Below, piece by piece: positions 26,149 to 38,609 of a stretch of DNA of 64,000 bases (the stretch's first letter is position 1; every line of letters starts with the position of its first letter). This DNA is from Lophium mytilinum (lineage: Eukaryota). The position numbers were made by a program, and so were the translations under genes. The stretch spans positions 80,959-144,958 of the forward strand of contig MU004204.1 of NCBI GenBank assembly GCA_010093605.1. Direction: 5' to 3'. The notes below the pieces were generated by a model. The model was not told the origin of the DNA and searched no databases. It saw only the letters and a list, made by a program, of their open reading frames with translations.

Positions 26149-29100
26149 CTAGACCCCTGTCTCATCCTCCCTCTCGATCAACCTTATCGGAGTTACCTTA
26201 ACCTCCCAAAAATACAAGTCGACCTCCTGGATCTTGACTTCCCATCGATCGCCAATGCGGGCTTCCGGCTGGCCGTTTGGTGGCCGATCCATCATCATGG
26301 GTATTGACGAATCTTCCGCTCGTGCCCAGCAGGAATTGTTTTTGTAATTGTGCGAGTGGATCTTCACTACCAAGCTTTCGGGCAAAGGTGCTTCGTTGAA
26401 GTAGAATGCCCGGAAATAGTAGTGAGCATACCAGAACCTGAGCGACTTTTCCTTGGTCTGCGAGATGATGCGCTCGCGCGGTTGGATTGTCGTGCACAGA
26501 CGTTTGATCTGAGGCTCTGAAAAGGTGAGATAGTCTTGGTTCTTGCTGCCAACAAGACTCTTGCCAGTCTTGGCCTCCTCTAGCAAGGCCGCTCCAATTT
26601 GCCAATGTGTAACCATGTCACCGTACCGACGCAGCGGGCTTGTGACCTTGGCGTAGTGGCTCATGCCAAGGAAGACGTGCGGAAGAGCCTTACTGGTCGT
26701 TACAGTAACGCCCATCGTCTCCATGTACTTGATTCCTATACCGAGGGGTAGAACGCCTTGATGTTTTTCAGAGGCTGGATCAATAACATTGCGTTTGAAC
26801 TCCTTGAGCGACACACTCTGAGGATGCCGAACAGAGCCTCTGAAGATTGTGGGCATGTTGCGCTCTGAACACCAGGCCGCGCCAATCTCGCACCCAAGCA
26901 ACATCATCTCTTGCACCAGGATACTCTTGAGAGCCGCTTTCTCATTGAACATATTGAGAAGCGGTTCAGGCTTCACCTCAATGACTGGATCGCCTCTGAC
27001 AAAGCGTGCCGTTCCGTGAGAAGGCTGGGTCCAACCAAGTCCGCTTCGACGATAGCTTTCATACACTTTGACATCGGCCCTGCTTTGGTCGAGGAAAAGG
27101 CCGCCGGCGTCCTTTCGAAGCTGAGCACGTGCGTTGGCTAGCGTGTTAATATCGTCTAGATTCTGAAGATCAAGTTCGTCAAGTTCATCAGTCATCTTGC
27201 GTGTTGCTCGTACTTCCTGTGGCGTGCCACCAACGATCCAACGCTCAGAGTCCTTTTCAGGTTCGACATCAAAATAGCGAGATATGGTATCCGGGGCGAC
27301 GTATTTCACGTTTCGTAAGAAGGTGGGCTGGATTTTCTTCTCGAGTATTTCTCCTTCCCTGCTAAGTCTAGCGCTAAAGGTAAGAGCAGGACGATTTGGA
27401 CCAAGACTGAAGTGTTTGTTCGTAGCCCAGGCCGGCATCATGGGATAATTGCGCTCCGGCATATAGACAGTCTCGGTCATATGCGCGGCTAGCTTTGCCA
27501 GAACATGGTTCTGATCAAAAAACGCGGTAGGGTTCGCGACGTGAATGCTAACCCAAAATTCTGAAGAGTCGGGAATTCTCGCGATTGACAGACCGTCATC
27601 AATCTCCTGTGCGCTAGGATCATCAACACAGTAAATTCTCGTGTCCCCCAGGTCCTGTCGTAGACTGACGAGTGAATCTGTGAACCCAGGCTTTTCCCTC
27701 GCGGTGAATGCTTCTTTGCTGATAAGCTCGAGTTGGCGAGAGAACCGAGACGTTGGGAGCATCAATCCTTCATCGTACGCCAGTCTGTTCTCATAGGGAA
27801 CAAGTACCCCAATTTCCTGCAAAAAGACCTGCCCGGACCCTCTGTCGCAGGGCTGGTCATCGGGATAGCACCCTACAGTGTTGAGGATAAATGCTGCGGC
27901 GGAATGCAGCTGACCGAATTTCGCAAACTTGCTGGCGAGAGTCCAAGACTCTAAGAACGCAATGATGAGAGTATCTGCGTCGGTGAAGTCTTCAGCGAAC
28001 TTCGGGCGCATCGCTGACGAGGAGTCGGAGATGGGGAACCGTTCTTTGCTTGGGCCGATGTTTCCGTGTGCGGTTGGCTGGCGAGTCTCGCGACTCAGAG
28101 CAACTAAAGCTCTCGCCTTGTCTGCAAACTTTGAAATATACCCCGCGCCTTGACTATGTCGCTCGGCACTTGCGGAATTGGCAGGCAAGACCTTCTTATG
28201 TGCAACGCGACTTGCGAGATACTCTTGGTATTCACGAACCCAGTCGAGGCACAGTTGCATGGCCTCAACCTCTTTGCTAGGTCGGACCATGTAGGTGCCT
28301 GTCCTACGTAAATCCTTCTCGTCTGAATATATCTTGAAGCCTGAGCGGTCAATCGCCTTCCGAATCGCGAGCAATAGAGCCGGCGGTACCTCGTACAGGT
28401 CTTGGTTCGATCCGCGGGGCGCAAATAGCTTGCGCGCAATGCTTTCCAAGGTGATGAAGATTGTATTGCTTGGATGGCAAAACGAGTCGTAGATGTTATC
28501 GAGAACAGCGGCGTTCTCGCGGTACAGCTTTTCCGATTGGTTCCACAGCCCCAAAAGAGTGTGAACAATCGGCGCGCCAAAATCCCGCGGAACGTCAACC
28601 TTTCCTGCAATTGCCTGGCTGGCCTCTTGAGTTACGGGCTTGGTGGGAAGATACGGCAGGACCTTCTCAATAAGAGATGTGTCGATGATGCCGGGGATCA
28701 CGAATTTGACGTGTGAAATAGGTATATGGGTGTAAGCCCCGTCCATAAGATAGAACTGCATTTCCCGCTCTATTTGTTGGGTGTAAACGGCGAGTTTATG
28801 TTGGCCGGCTCTGCGGCCACTGGAAGATTTAGCTAAATCAACGCGACGATGAAGTCATTACTTACGAAACTTCAACTACATCACCAGGATTCAAGAAGAT
28901 GGAAGAAATGTATGGATCCTCTAGAAACTCTCTCTCATCATCCGCCTCTTCCATAGCCTCCCTGAATTCGTCATTGGATGAAGCGAGCTTCACAAGCGAG
29001 TTCATAGTATCTCCTTTGACAATAGGATGCCTCTCAAAAGGATCAAGCTGTTCAGCATTTGGCACACCGAACTCTTCATTCCAGAGCTCCAGACGTTTTC

Positions 29101-30199
29101 TTATTGGCAGATTATTATCGGAGATTTGATCTGGTGAGGCCAGCGGTACTTGGTCAGTCCGCAGAGCGGTGACGGCCTCTTGAGAGTCCTAAATTAAGTA
29201 TTGTTAGAATATTGACAGAGTGAAGGCATAAGTTAAACGCACTCTTGCAGAGGTGTGATATGATCTATTGTGCTTTGCTTGGTGGAGAGACAAGAGGCTT
29301 GAAAGATTTCTATCTTCACTATTGATCAAGAAATGTTTCCGGAAAGGATGTCTGGGGGGCCCCTCTGGCTTCCAGACAGTAGATCGTACGGGGTGGTCAT
29401 CATACTTCCGGACAACAGGTCGTAAGGTGGTCTTCCGGACAAGAGGGCGGGCTTCATACTTCCGGAGTCGTTTCCTGACTGGAGAACCTTTAATGGGGGC
29501 CTGACTGTCGAGTTGGCCGCTATTTGGTATATCTTGGACATCTATAGCTGATGCTGATTGGTCTTCGTCGAGGAAGGATGGCTTAGGGTATTGCTGCCAT
29601 GTTTCCAGAAGCCTGCTTACGTCTGCGATACTTTGGGTAGGAGGTGAGTTGTAGTTTCGAGTAGCGTCTACCATATGAACTAGATTTCGCGAGGAACGTG
29701 AGTGTCGGATCTGGACATCTCCAGGAATCTTTGTAATTGTGAGTTGGATACGGGGAGGTGCAGGAATGTTTCGAATTGAGTGTTTGACCTGGGAATCTAC
29801 AGAAATCTTTCCAAATCTTCGCCTACTGCTACCGTCCGGAGGCAAGAAAAGTGGGTGTGCGACATGGGGATCTCCAGGAATCGGTCGAAATATGTAGTCC
29901 CTCCCGCCTGCCGCTTCCTGCCTGTTGCTTGACCGCTCCTTGCGCGCCCACTCGGGGATTGTATTTTTTAATTCCTCAACGTCACCAGCAATATCTGCGG
30001 GCGCTTCGTCGCATGCTGCAGATCGAGATTCGGATTGTGATGGGTCCTCAGAGGGTGAATCGCGGGCGGGACGGGAATGAAACGGGAGAGAAGTCAAGGT
30101 CCTGATGGGTTGGGTTTTTCGACGCTGCTCGATGATGCAGCTCCGACAGACTGTGGAAAGCTGTGTCGTCCGTGGAATTTGTATCGTGGGAATGGACAT
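26149..30199 (-). CDS. cyt-4: Mitochondrial RNase II/RNB-family exoribonuclease (Cyt-4/Dss1-like), 3 exons
   Basis: RNB motifs CVDDPSAQEIDDGLS, IHVANPT, ETVYMPE and YAKVTSPLRRYGDM. The N-terminus is Arg-rich and presequence-like (CRSCIIEQRRK). Two introns (about 29242-29190 and 28865-28820) join the three ORFs in frame. Confidence 0.88.
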
Positions 30200-30614
30200 G
30201 GCGCATTGAGCGGTGCTGTCGAGCTTGACGTGTTATAAAAAGTCGGCAGGAGGTCGTTGCTCAATAAATGCCAAGCCGCAAACCTCCGCGGCGAAATATA
30301 AGGTTTCAATCATGGGTTTTCACCACAACCTCTCACGTTCCACCCCAACCACCAACATCAGCTCTATCAGCTACATAAAGGCCTCCACGGTCTCTTCGTT
30401 GCATTAGTGGCTTTCCGGGCTCGCCCGGGTCACAGTGCCGATATCCAATTCAGACATTTACTAGGAGTGTTTCTGGGTGCATAGTCTTTCTGGCCAAGGT
30501 ATTTGCCTCTTGTCTCCTGTCCATCCCTTGCACCCCTATCATGATGATCCATTAGAAAAAGCATGTATTATCCGAACAACTCCCTTGGGACGCGTACTGC
30601 GGAGAACATCTACA

Positions 30615-30989
30615 ATGACTGACTCAGATCCCACAACGTTCTATCTTTCGAAGTCTTGTCGCGGATCCTGGCTAACCATGCGCAATAGATCCTTTCACAT
30701 GGCCTCCAACCGGCCTCCTCCTGGCCACTTTGAACTGCTGTACTTTGCAGCCGCCTCAGACTTTGCCGGGAGAAACACGGAGAATATACCCGCTCCCATC
30801 GTTGCGACGGACCTCTTCGGAGTCCTTGAACAGAGATATCCTGGCATAACAGAGAAGGTGTTGAGCAGCTGTGCAGTCACTGTGAATTTGCAATACGTCG
30901 ACCTGGAGGGTGAAGACGCGGCGGACAAAGATCTGATTATCCAAGAGGGCGACGAAGTCGCTATCATCCCGCCCGTGAGCTCGGGCTGA
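30615..30989 (+). CDS. cnxG: Molybdopterin synthase sulfur-carrier (small) subunit, MoaD/MOCS2A family; start at 30615 or 30699
   Basis: LLYFAAASD...L..RYPG...VLSSCAVTVNLQYVD...GDEVAIIPPVSSG, a ThiS/MoaD ubiquitin-like signature. Confidence 0.9.
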   Translation: MTDSDPTTFYLSKSCRGSWLTMRNRSFHMASNRPPPGHFELLYFAAASDFAGRNTENIPAPIVATDLFGVLEQRYPGITEKVLSSCAVTVNLQYVDLEGEDAADKDLIIQEGDEVAIIPPVSSG

Positions 30990-32099
30990 AGTTCTGTCTC
31001 TTGTTGAGCTCGTGATAAACCAACTTACACGACACATCTATGTCGTATACAGACGATTGCTTTGTGAAGTGGTAGGGTTAGGAACGTTGCGTGTTCACAA
31101 CAAGCCCCACTGGGAATTTGTCTCTAGAGAGGATCGAGAGTGGTTTCCCGACCCCTTCCACCTGGTTGTTTCGTCCATTGTCATCTCTGGATCTTCTAGG
31201 TCTGTCTCCAAGGCTCCTGTGGACACTTACAGCGCCCGGGTGTTCCAACATCCGTACAAACTGGCGTGCTCGTGGTCTCCCGCAGTCCGTCACGTGTCAA
31301 AACAAGTCATTCGCCGCAAAGGCCACTGAGCCGTTGAAAGTGCGGCCTCCCTCACATCTGATGTTGTTTATAATGGCGCAATTTTGCAAAACCGAATGCC
31401 ATGTGGAAGCTTGACTCGAAATGAACATATATATCCAAGAAGGGCGTCTAGCCGTTGCTCCTCGGGATCTGGTCGTGAACTGATGGCTTTTGTACTCCAG
31501 TCGATTGACGTCCGCCCCTGAGTCAAGGACATCCCACTGCACTACTAATGAGCCACCCGAGGAACTTTGGCACGCATTTTGGTCTATCAATTACAATTGC
31601 CGGGGCAGTCAATCGTCACTGCTGTCTAACGGCGTTCACATATGTTTTAGTGGCACAATGCAGCTGGCGAAGGGATAGCATCCTGTCTACCTATATCAGA
31701 CCTGTACCTGACTCCGTGGACTTGGGCTGCGAATGTGAGCACGACATGCGAACAAGGTGTTGACAATGGCGTGAGAGCTCTGCTGGAGTTTTCCCTGACT
31801 TCATCGCGCCGGCCGTGCAGCACCCCTCCCCCTCACCACTTGCGTCTGATGCCGTCGGACAGATAGCCACCACTGCGTGAGCGACTGCTTGATACTCGAC
31901 GCCTGCATCGCCTCAGGCGGACCTCGTGCTGCGGAGCCTCGAGTCCGTTCTTTGTTGCTCATCTCATCCTCGCCGTCCGCGCGCCAAGCAATCTCCGTCC
32001 GACAGGTCGGAGGCAGGCACCCCTCCCACACGCACCTCCGCCGCCATAACGCGCCGACGGACTGCCCTGCGACCGACCACCGACTCGACGAGCTTTGGT

Positions 32100-35067
32100 A
32101 TGTCCAACCCGATAGATCCTCGCCTCTACGGTGCAGCACTGCACTCTGCACCGCCGGGCTACTCCAACAACGCTGGTCCGCAGAACAATGGAGCTGCCCA
32201 GCAGCCCTACTATCTGCCTCCGACGACAGCGCAGCAGCACCAGCCTGCCCTCAGCGCCCTAGATCCCGCTCTCGAAGGGCCGTCTCCAAGTGTACGAGAG
32301 CCGTCGACGGATCTGGAGAACAGTGTCGAAGGCGACAGCCACGATAGGTGTGTTTCCGCGACAATAGCCAGCACTCGTGCGACGGCGTGCCCATTGCTGC
32401 TTAAGCCTCAATCGATTATCCAAGATCGCTAATACTATGGCTCAGGTCGAATGGCAGGTCTCCCGGTGACCTCAAACGGCCACGCGCCTGCGACTCGTGC
32501 AGAGGACTGAAGGTACGCGGCTGCGTTTGCTGTCAAGTTTCCTCAGCAACTAAACAGCAGCAGGTTCGATGCGATCAAGAGCGCCCTGATATTCCCTGCA
32601 AGCGCTGTGCGAAAGCGAATAGGCAATGGTGTGTTCTAGTTGATGCGCCGATGGATACAAGCTGAGACTGACATCTGTGACAGTGTCACCACCCCTCCTA
32701 CACGGAAGCGGACCAAAAAAGCGGACAGTCGGGTTGCCGAGCTCGAGAGGAAAATAGACGCTCTGACGGCAAGCTTGGAGGCGCAGAAGAGTCGCGGTCC
32801 GCCAGAGGGCCGACCATATGGGCACTTGAGCTCGCCCTACGACGTACCGTCTGTCCAGAGTCATGGCGAACATAGCGCATATGGCGCTCCACCTCACGAC
32901 TGGCAAGGCACGCCAACTTCATACGGTCATACTCGTCCTGCCAGTGGGGGGCCAGATACAAAACGTCGGCGTCTCGATAACGGACATGGCCAGGTACGCA
33001 CGATATGCCCCCTCGACTACTATGTTGGCTGACGGATTTAGACTACTATCCCCGAAGACATGGATGATATACACAAAGACATGGCCGAAATCCCAAATGC
33101 CGATACAATCCAACAAGATCATCCCTGGGCCGTGCCAAAGAAAGAACGTTGCAAGAAAAAGGGACCTAATACCGACCATTCCTACATCAACGGTCTGATT
33201 GATAAACTAATGAGTCGCGAAGCTGCGGAGAAAATATTCGCTCGATATGTGAATGAAATCTCCCCACATTTCCCAGCCGTCCCTCTTGTTCCAGGGACTC
33301 CCGCAGCTCAGATACGGGAGAAGCAGCCCCTTTTGTTTCTGGCTATTATGGCTGGGTCCTGCCACGGCAGCGCCGAGCAGATTGTTCCTCAGGAGGTCCA
33401 AAAGGAGCTGACTACGCTTCTAAAAGACGAGTTCGCGAACATCATCTGGAGAAATGGCGAAAAGTCCCTCGAGATCGTCCAAGCTCTTCATCTCGGTGTC
33501 TTGTGGTACGTCCATTTTTCAGTCTTGTCACCTGCAGTACATTGACACCCTCTAGGTATCGCCCTCCGCTGCACTATGAGCAGCACAATTTCTATATGAT
33601 GGTCAACTGTGCAGCAGTCATGGCGCTTGACCTCGGTCTCGATCGGCGAACTACTCCTAACGTAATGAAGATGGGCGTTGGTCCCTTCAACCGTCGTAAC
33701 AGCCCGAATACCAACAGTGTTGAGGCTCGTCGAACATTCCTTGTTTGTTACTACCTCTGCATGAGTATTACCATGGTCCTAAGGCGTCCGATCCTCATCC
33801 GCTGGACGAAGTTCATGGAGGAAAGTGTTCAGATTCTAGAGACATCCCCGGAGGCTTTGCCCTCTGACCGAGTTTTGTGCCATCATATCCGGTTGGCACA
33901 CATCGGAGAACAAGTATCCGTCGCATTTTCCATGGATGATCCTTCTATGGATATCGCCATTTCAGAGCCGCAGGTCATATACCAGTTGAAGACTTACGAG
34001 AATGACCTGAAGCTGTTGAAAGAGGCAAGGCCGGTAGATAACGGTGATCGTAAGTTGACTCCAGGCGTCTTCAAAGTTTAAACATGTCCTAATCTACGTT
34101 AGCCGCAATCCGCCTTGGAGAGCACGTTACCAACCTCTACATCCACGAGATTGCTTTACACCACAACCAAAGTCCAGCTAATTTCCAGCCTCCGTTTTCC
34201 AATGACGCTTTTGCAAAATCCGGCAGACAAGATATTGTGGGGCCTGATCACATCACTGCCCTCGGCGAGTGTCTCACTGCTACACACGGCATCCTCGATA
34301 CTATACTCGGAGTTCCTCTCAATACTCTGTTGACGCTTCCTGTTATTTTCTGTAAGCCCTTCCTTCTGTTCCATGTGCGTCCTCTGACCTCGCTAGGTGT
34401 ACGCGCAATTTATGCGATCGTCTGCCTTATGAAAATGTGGGTTGCCGTTTCGAGCCCCGGAAACATGTCCAGCATTGTCAAGAAAGAAGATCTGAAGATT
34501 GAGGCCTATACCGAGGAACTTGTCAAGATGTTCATGTCCATCGTCGCCAGTGACGCGCAGAGCCCTCACGGCAAATTCTACTACGTCGCTAGACGTCTCC
34601 AGGACAAGTTTGTGCAGATCCGGGAGGGTGCTGCGAAAGGCAACCTGGATGTGCAGTCCGAGAACTCAAAGGAAGAGCAACTATCAGCGATCGCCCCAGA
34701 ATTGAGATCCTACCCATCTAGTTCAAGGGCCCCTGCCGATCCGACACCCCTTCACCTACTCTCCGAGGCTGCGATTACTGGTAGCAGAAATATGGCGTCG
34801 ACACCGCATATCCAGCAGGCAATACGGGCTCAAATGCAGCAGCCTGCTCAACAGATGTCCCAGCCTCAGGAGCCGTGGTACAATGCTACTGGAATTGCAA
34901 CAACGCAATCTCTCGCTCCCAGCTTCGACCAAAACTTCGACATTGGCAACTTCGACTTCAATTTAGGCCTCGACGCGGACATGTCTGCGTACTTCCTTCC
35001 AGACGGCGCACTCTGGAACTTTACTGAACCGGGCGCGGGTTTCCAGAATTACGATGGGACGTTTTAA
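32100..35067 (+). CDS. Zn(II)2Cys6 transcription factor, multi-exon (about 8 exons)
   Basis: KRPRACDSCRGLK|VRCDQERPDIPCKRCAKANRQC|VTTPPTRKRTKKADSRVAELERKIDAL from exons 32446-32512, 32564-32628 and 32684 onward. Later motifs include AVMALDLGL and EARRTFLVCYYL...LRRP. Confidence 0.93.
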
Positions 35068-35312
35068 GCAGCTGTGTCCTGATCTTTCCGCCGCTCACGT
35101 CCAACGAGCAATTGCGAGAAAATGCTTTGGGTTAATACAAGTCTTTGGACTTTGCCAAGCAACATCGTAGTAATGCGTTCACCCCTCTTCGTTGTACACT
35201 ATTATAGACGATTTCTGCTTTTGTCGATCGACCTGCGCTAGCAAGAAACGATCTGAGCTTTTTCTGGTGTTCGACTAAAATTGGTTTGACAATGAACGAG
35301 GCCTTGCTGGCA

Positions 35313-35552
35313 CCGGATTGAAGCCGGATTGAAGCCGGACTGGACGATTCATGAGGATCTTGGAATCATCGAGGAAATGGATTAGGAACAGACTCAGGTG
35401 AGACCTGAGTAGGTCCCGGTTGAGATTCTGCTAGTACTCCGCCCAGAACTGGACTGGGAACTACAATCGACCACAGGCTGACTAGACTCAGGCCTAGGCT
35501 GGACTGAAATACTGGAAAGTACTCGGACTGGACTGGGACTCAGCATACTGGG
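35313..35552. repeat. 11-bp tandem repeat (CCGGATTGAAG x2.5) followed by a degenerate (GACTG/ACTGG)n tract
   Basis: ccggattgaag ccggattgaag ccggac at 35313, then repeated actgg/gactg units across 35447-35552. Confidence 0.5.
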
Positions 35553-35806
35553 TTTGATGCAGTCGATGAACTCGTGTAGCAAAAAAGGTTGCAAGACCCA
35601 CTCTACTCTAACAGAACCACATCATGCAAAATTGGCGCCCTGTGAGTGACACTACGTGCGTGTGCATGCGTTCTAGGAACTCCTCTCTTCAACTTTGGCA
35701 TACTGTGCTGCTCATTACTTAAAAGACTTATCACGTTCTCCGCTCCGTAAACATCATTACGCGGCAACCAATACCGCTTCGCACACCCTCCAAACCCCCC
35801 CTCCAT

Positions 35807-36301
35807 CTACGGCGCCTTACACAAATCCAGCGCCAACACCGCATCACTCCCACACGCCAACGTCCCTACCCGCTCCTCGCCCTCCTCCGGCACGCCCTCC
35901 GGCCACCTCACGCTCCCGCACCCCGCCGGCGCCTTCAGCACCACCGTGTACCCCTCCAACAACGCGCCGTTCACGTTAACAAGGTCATAGTACACCAAAC
36001 CCCCCGCTTCGTCGATCGCGTAGTTCACCTCCAGCAGCGGCGAGCCGTCAAAGGGCCCGTTGTTGTGGTCCGCGACTTGGATCGAGACGCCGTGGCCCGT
36101 CTGGAAGGCGTGGTGGAACTGCTCGCCCGGCGCGCTGACGCCGATGATGCGTGTGTAGGTGTCGCTTTGGGCGATGTAGGCGGGGATGAGGCGGGTCAGG
36201 GGCGGCGAGATGGAGTAGCAGTTGTTGTTTATGAAGAGGCCGCCGAGGGCGAGGGTGGTGAGCGGAAGGAGGGCGGTGGTTAGGAGGGGGAGGAAGTGCA
36301 T
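35807..36301 (-). CDS. Secreted Bys1-like (thaumatin-related) protein, copy 1
   Basis: Signal peptide, NNC near the mature N-terminus, GVSIQV, LEVNY...VYYDLVNVNG, C.SVRW..G, terminal LACGSDAVLALDLC; 4 Cys. The pattern matches my recollection of the Bys1 family. Confidence 0.8.
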   Translation of the reverse strand: MHFLPLLTTALLPLTTLALGGLFINNNCYSISPPLTRLIPAYIAQSDTYTRIIGVSAPGEQFHHAFQTGHGVSIQVADHNNGPFDGSPLLEVNYAIDEAGGLVYYDLVNVNGALLEGYTVVLKAPAGCGSVRWPEGVPEEGEERVGTLACGSDAVLALDLCKAP

Positions 36302-36930
36302 TTTGGATTTGAGAGTGGATTTGGGGTGGTAGAGTGGAGGGGGTGTTGATGGGGGGGAGGGGAGGGCTGGAGAGGTCGTGATATATGAGATTTCTGGGGG
36401 TTGTGGTACGGCAGTATGTCATTGTGGATCTCAGATGATCAAGCAAGCGGGAGTAACGTGGCGCAGGTTGGTGGATCTTGGACACAAGGTCGTGGTCTTT
36501 AGGAGGCGGCACGTGAGAAGGTAAGGGATGGTGGTTGAGCTGTTAGACAGTGGTTACACGAGGCGGAAACGCACTGTATGTGGTACTTGGGACAGTCTAC
36601 AATGTTGGGATGAGAGGTTTGTCTAACGTCTTGGTAGATGGCTCATCGTACTAGTAGGGCTCCCGTAACGGCTCAATCTTTTCTTTAAACGAGCAAGAGG
36701 CATGATTCTGATGGCATATAGGTCTCGGGCATCAGAAGGGTGTCAGTAAAAAGATAATCAAGTCTCGAAAGGCTGGCGCCCTAGTACTGTATATCATTGG
36801 AGCCATGAGTCCCACCAGCGTTGGTGTCTTTCCTCCACAACATTTGTACATGATTGAGCTGATCACCAATGCTAGGGATGCGAGCAGATCTACCCACCCC
36901 CCACAGAAGATCCAGCGAAATCCCCCCTCA

Positions 36931-37440
36931 TCACCCACCGAACGGCCGCCTCCGATGAATCCTCCCCACCCCCCTCCGTGGCCAATAATCCGTCCCACAA
37001 AAGCTCAACACCAAACTCGCACCCCCCTCACAACTCAACGTCCCCACCCCCTCCCCGCTCCCCTTCAGCCAAGACACCCCCGGACACCCCGGCACCCTTA
37101 ACTCCACCAACCTTCCGTCAAACAGCGCCCCATTAACATTCTCCAGCGTGTAGAACACCCGCCCCGCGGCGTCGTCGACGTTGTAGTTGAGCTCCAGATG
37201 CGGCTGCCCGGCCTCGAAGTCGCCGAACTTTAGCGAGACACCGCCGGTGACAGCGTCGTGGTGGAGGGGGAGGTGGGTCCATTCTTCCCACAGGCTCATG
37301 CCTTCGAAGCGGGTGGTGGCGCCGACGGTATAGATGGGAATGGCGCCGAGGGGGTTGGAGCCGCAGGCGTTGTAGATCCAGAGGTCGGCGGCGAGGGTGG
37401 AGGGGGCGAGGAGGAGTGGGAGGAGGAAGGTGAAGCGCAT
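36931..37440 (-). CDS. Secreted Bys1-like protein, copy 2 (tandem paralogue)
   Basis: Aligns by eye with copy 1: YNAC, GVSLKF, LELNYNVDDAAGRVFYTLENVNGALFDG, GCPGVSW, GVGTLSCEGGASLVLSFC. Confidence 0.8.
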   Translation of the reverse strand: MRFTFLLPLLLAPSTLAADLWIYNACGSNPLGAIPIYTVGATTRFEGMSLWEEWTHLPLHHDAVTGGVSLKFGDFEAGQPHLELNYNVDDAAGRVFYTLENVNGALFDGRLVELRVPGCPGVSWLKGSGEGVGTLSCEGGASLVLSFCGTDYWPRRGVGRIHRRRPFGG

Positions 37441-37788
37441 TTCGGGCGGTTGGGAAAGATAAGGATTAGGATAATAGAGGTTTTGGAGAAGTTTGAGGTC
37501 GGATTTGGGATGAGGAAGTCAGTGGAAATTGGACTTATAGAAAGATTGAGCTATGAAACTACTTGTGAGTTGGGCTTCTTAGGTTTTAGTCGGCTGAAGA
37601 GGCAACGCTGCAGGTACGTCTCGAACACGACCGCTTCAAACCACAGGCATCTCACCTGCTTCCCTTTAGGCTGTCCACATCCGCTGTTTGCGGGGCTTAG
37701 CATAGCAGCTATTTACGTGGCGAGGAGTGTATAAAGCTTAGCATGACATGGCTACTTAGCGTTGGACATGTTAGGGAAAGGTCTTGCT

Positions 37789-37830
37789 GAGTTGTAGCTG
37801 GATGAGTTGTAGCTACACGAGCTGTAGCGA
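37789..37830. repeat. Imperfect 15-bp tandem repeat x3
   Basis: gagttgtagctggat / gagttgtagctacac / gagctgtagc. Confidence 0.55.
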
Positions 37831-38609
37831 GAGCATCGTAGTGGTTCTGCGGTGTTTCCTGTCAGCTTGACTATGGTGATGAGGTTGAGAGTGCCATTGG
37901 ACATCCAAACAAGCCAATAAAGACCTCCTTTAGCCACCACTTGCACAATGGTTGTCGATCCGTGTTTTGTTTGCCCACTTGTGCATTCTACATGTGCTAC
38001 CGCGATGACAACGATCTTGATCTCGTGGCATGCCGTCACACCTGTCGTGCCTGTGTCGGGACGCTGTGGGACGACGGGAGACGTCAGGAACGGGCGGCGA
38101 TTGCCGACGACTGTTAGGCAAGGAAGTGGGTATTGAAGATGTTCGCATCTCTCAGCCGCCACGGGCAACACTGCGAGATGGTGGAAGGCGTTGTTTGATG
38201 AGAAGGGCGTAACTTGTGATCTTATGGACGTGGATTTCGCAGCCGCAGCTTAGGTCTATGTGACGAAGAGGGAGAGTATTGAGGAATATGAAGCTTGCGT
38301 AGTAGAGAAATGTAGAAGGTTAGTGCTTAGATTCTAGTAGACACTGAACACATCGCGCACCAAGACACTGCAGCAGCCCTACGAGGTGTCTTTGCCCAAG
38401 CGACGGATCTTCCCCCGAATCTCCTCACTTTCAAGCGTCTAACGGCGAATCGCGCCAAAAGTCTCCCCAGACAGCCGAGATAACGCCTTTTCGCGTCTCT
38501 TGCTCCCGGAAGGCGCGCTAGCTAACAAATCGGGCGCGTTAAGGTGATATCATCGGCGGCCACTCTCCGCTGCTAGGCGACAGCCTAAGACTTCGCATAC
38601 CTTCTGCCA

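Noticed and set aside
30990..31420. Overlapping MOCS2B ORF as in the animal bicistronic MOCS2 mRNA
   Set aside because: The downstream ORFs have no MoaE motifs.
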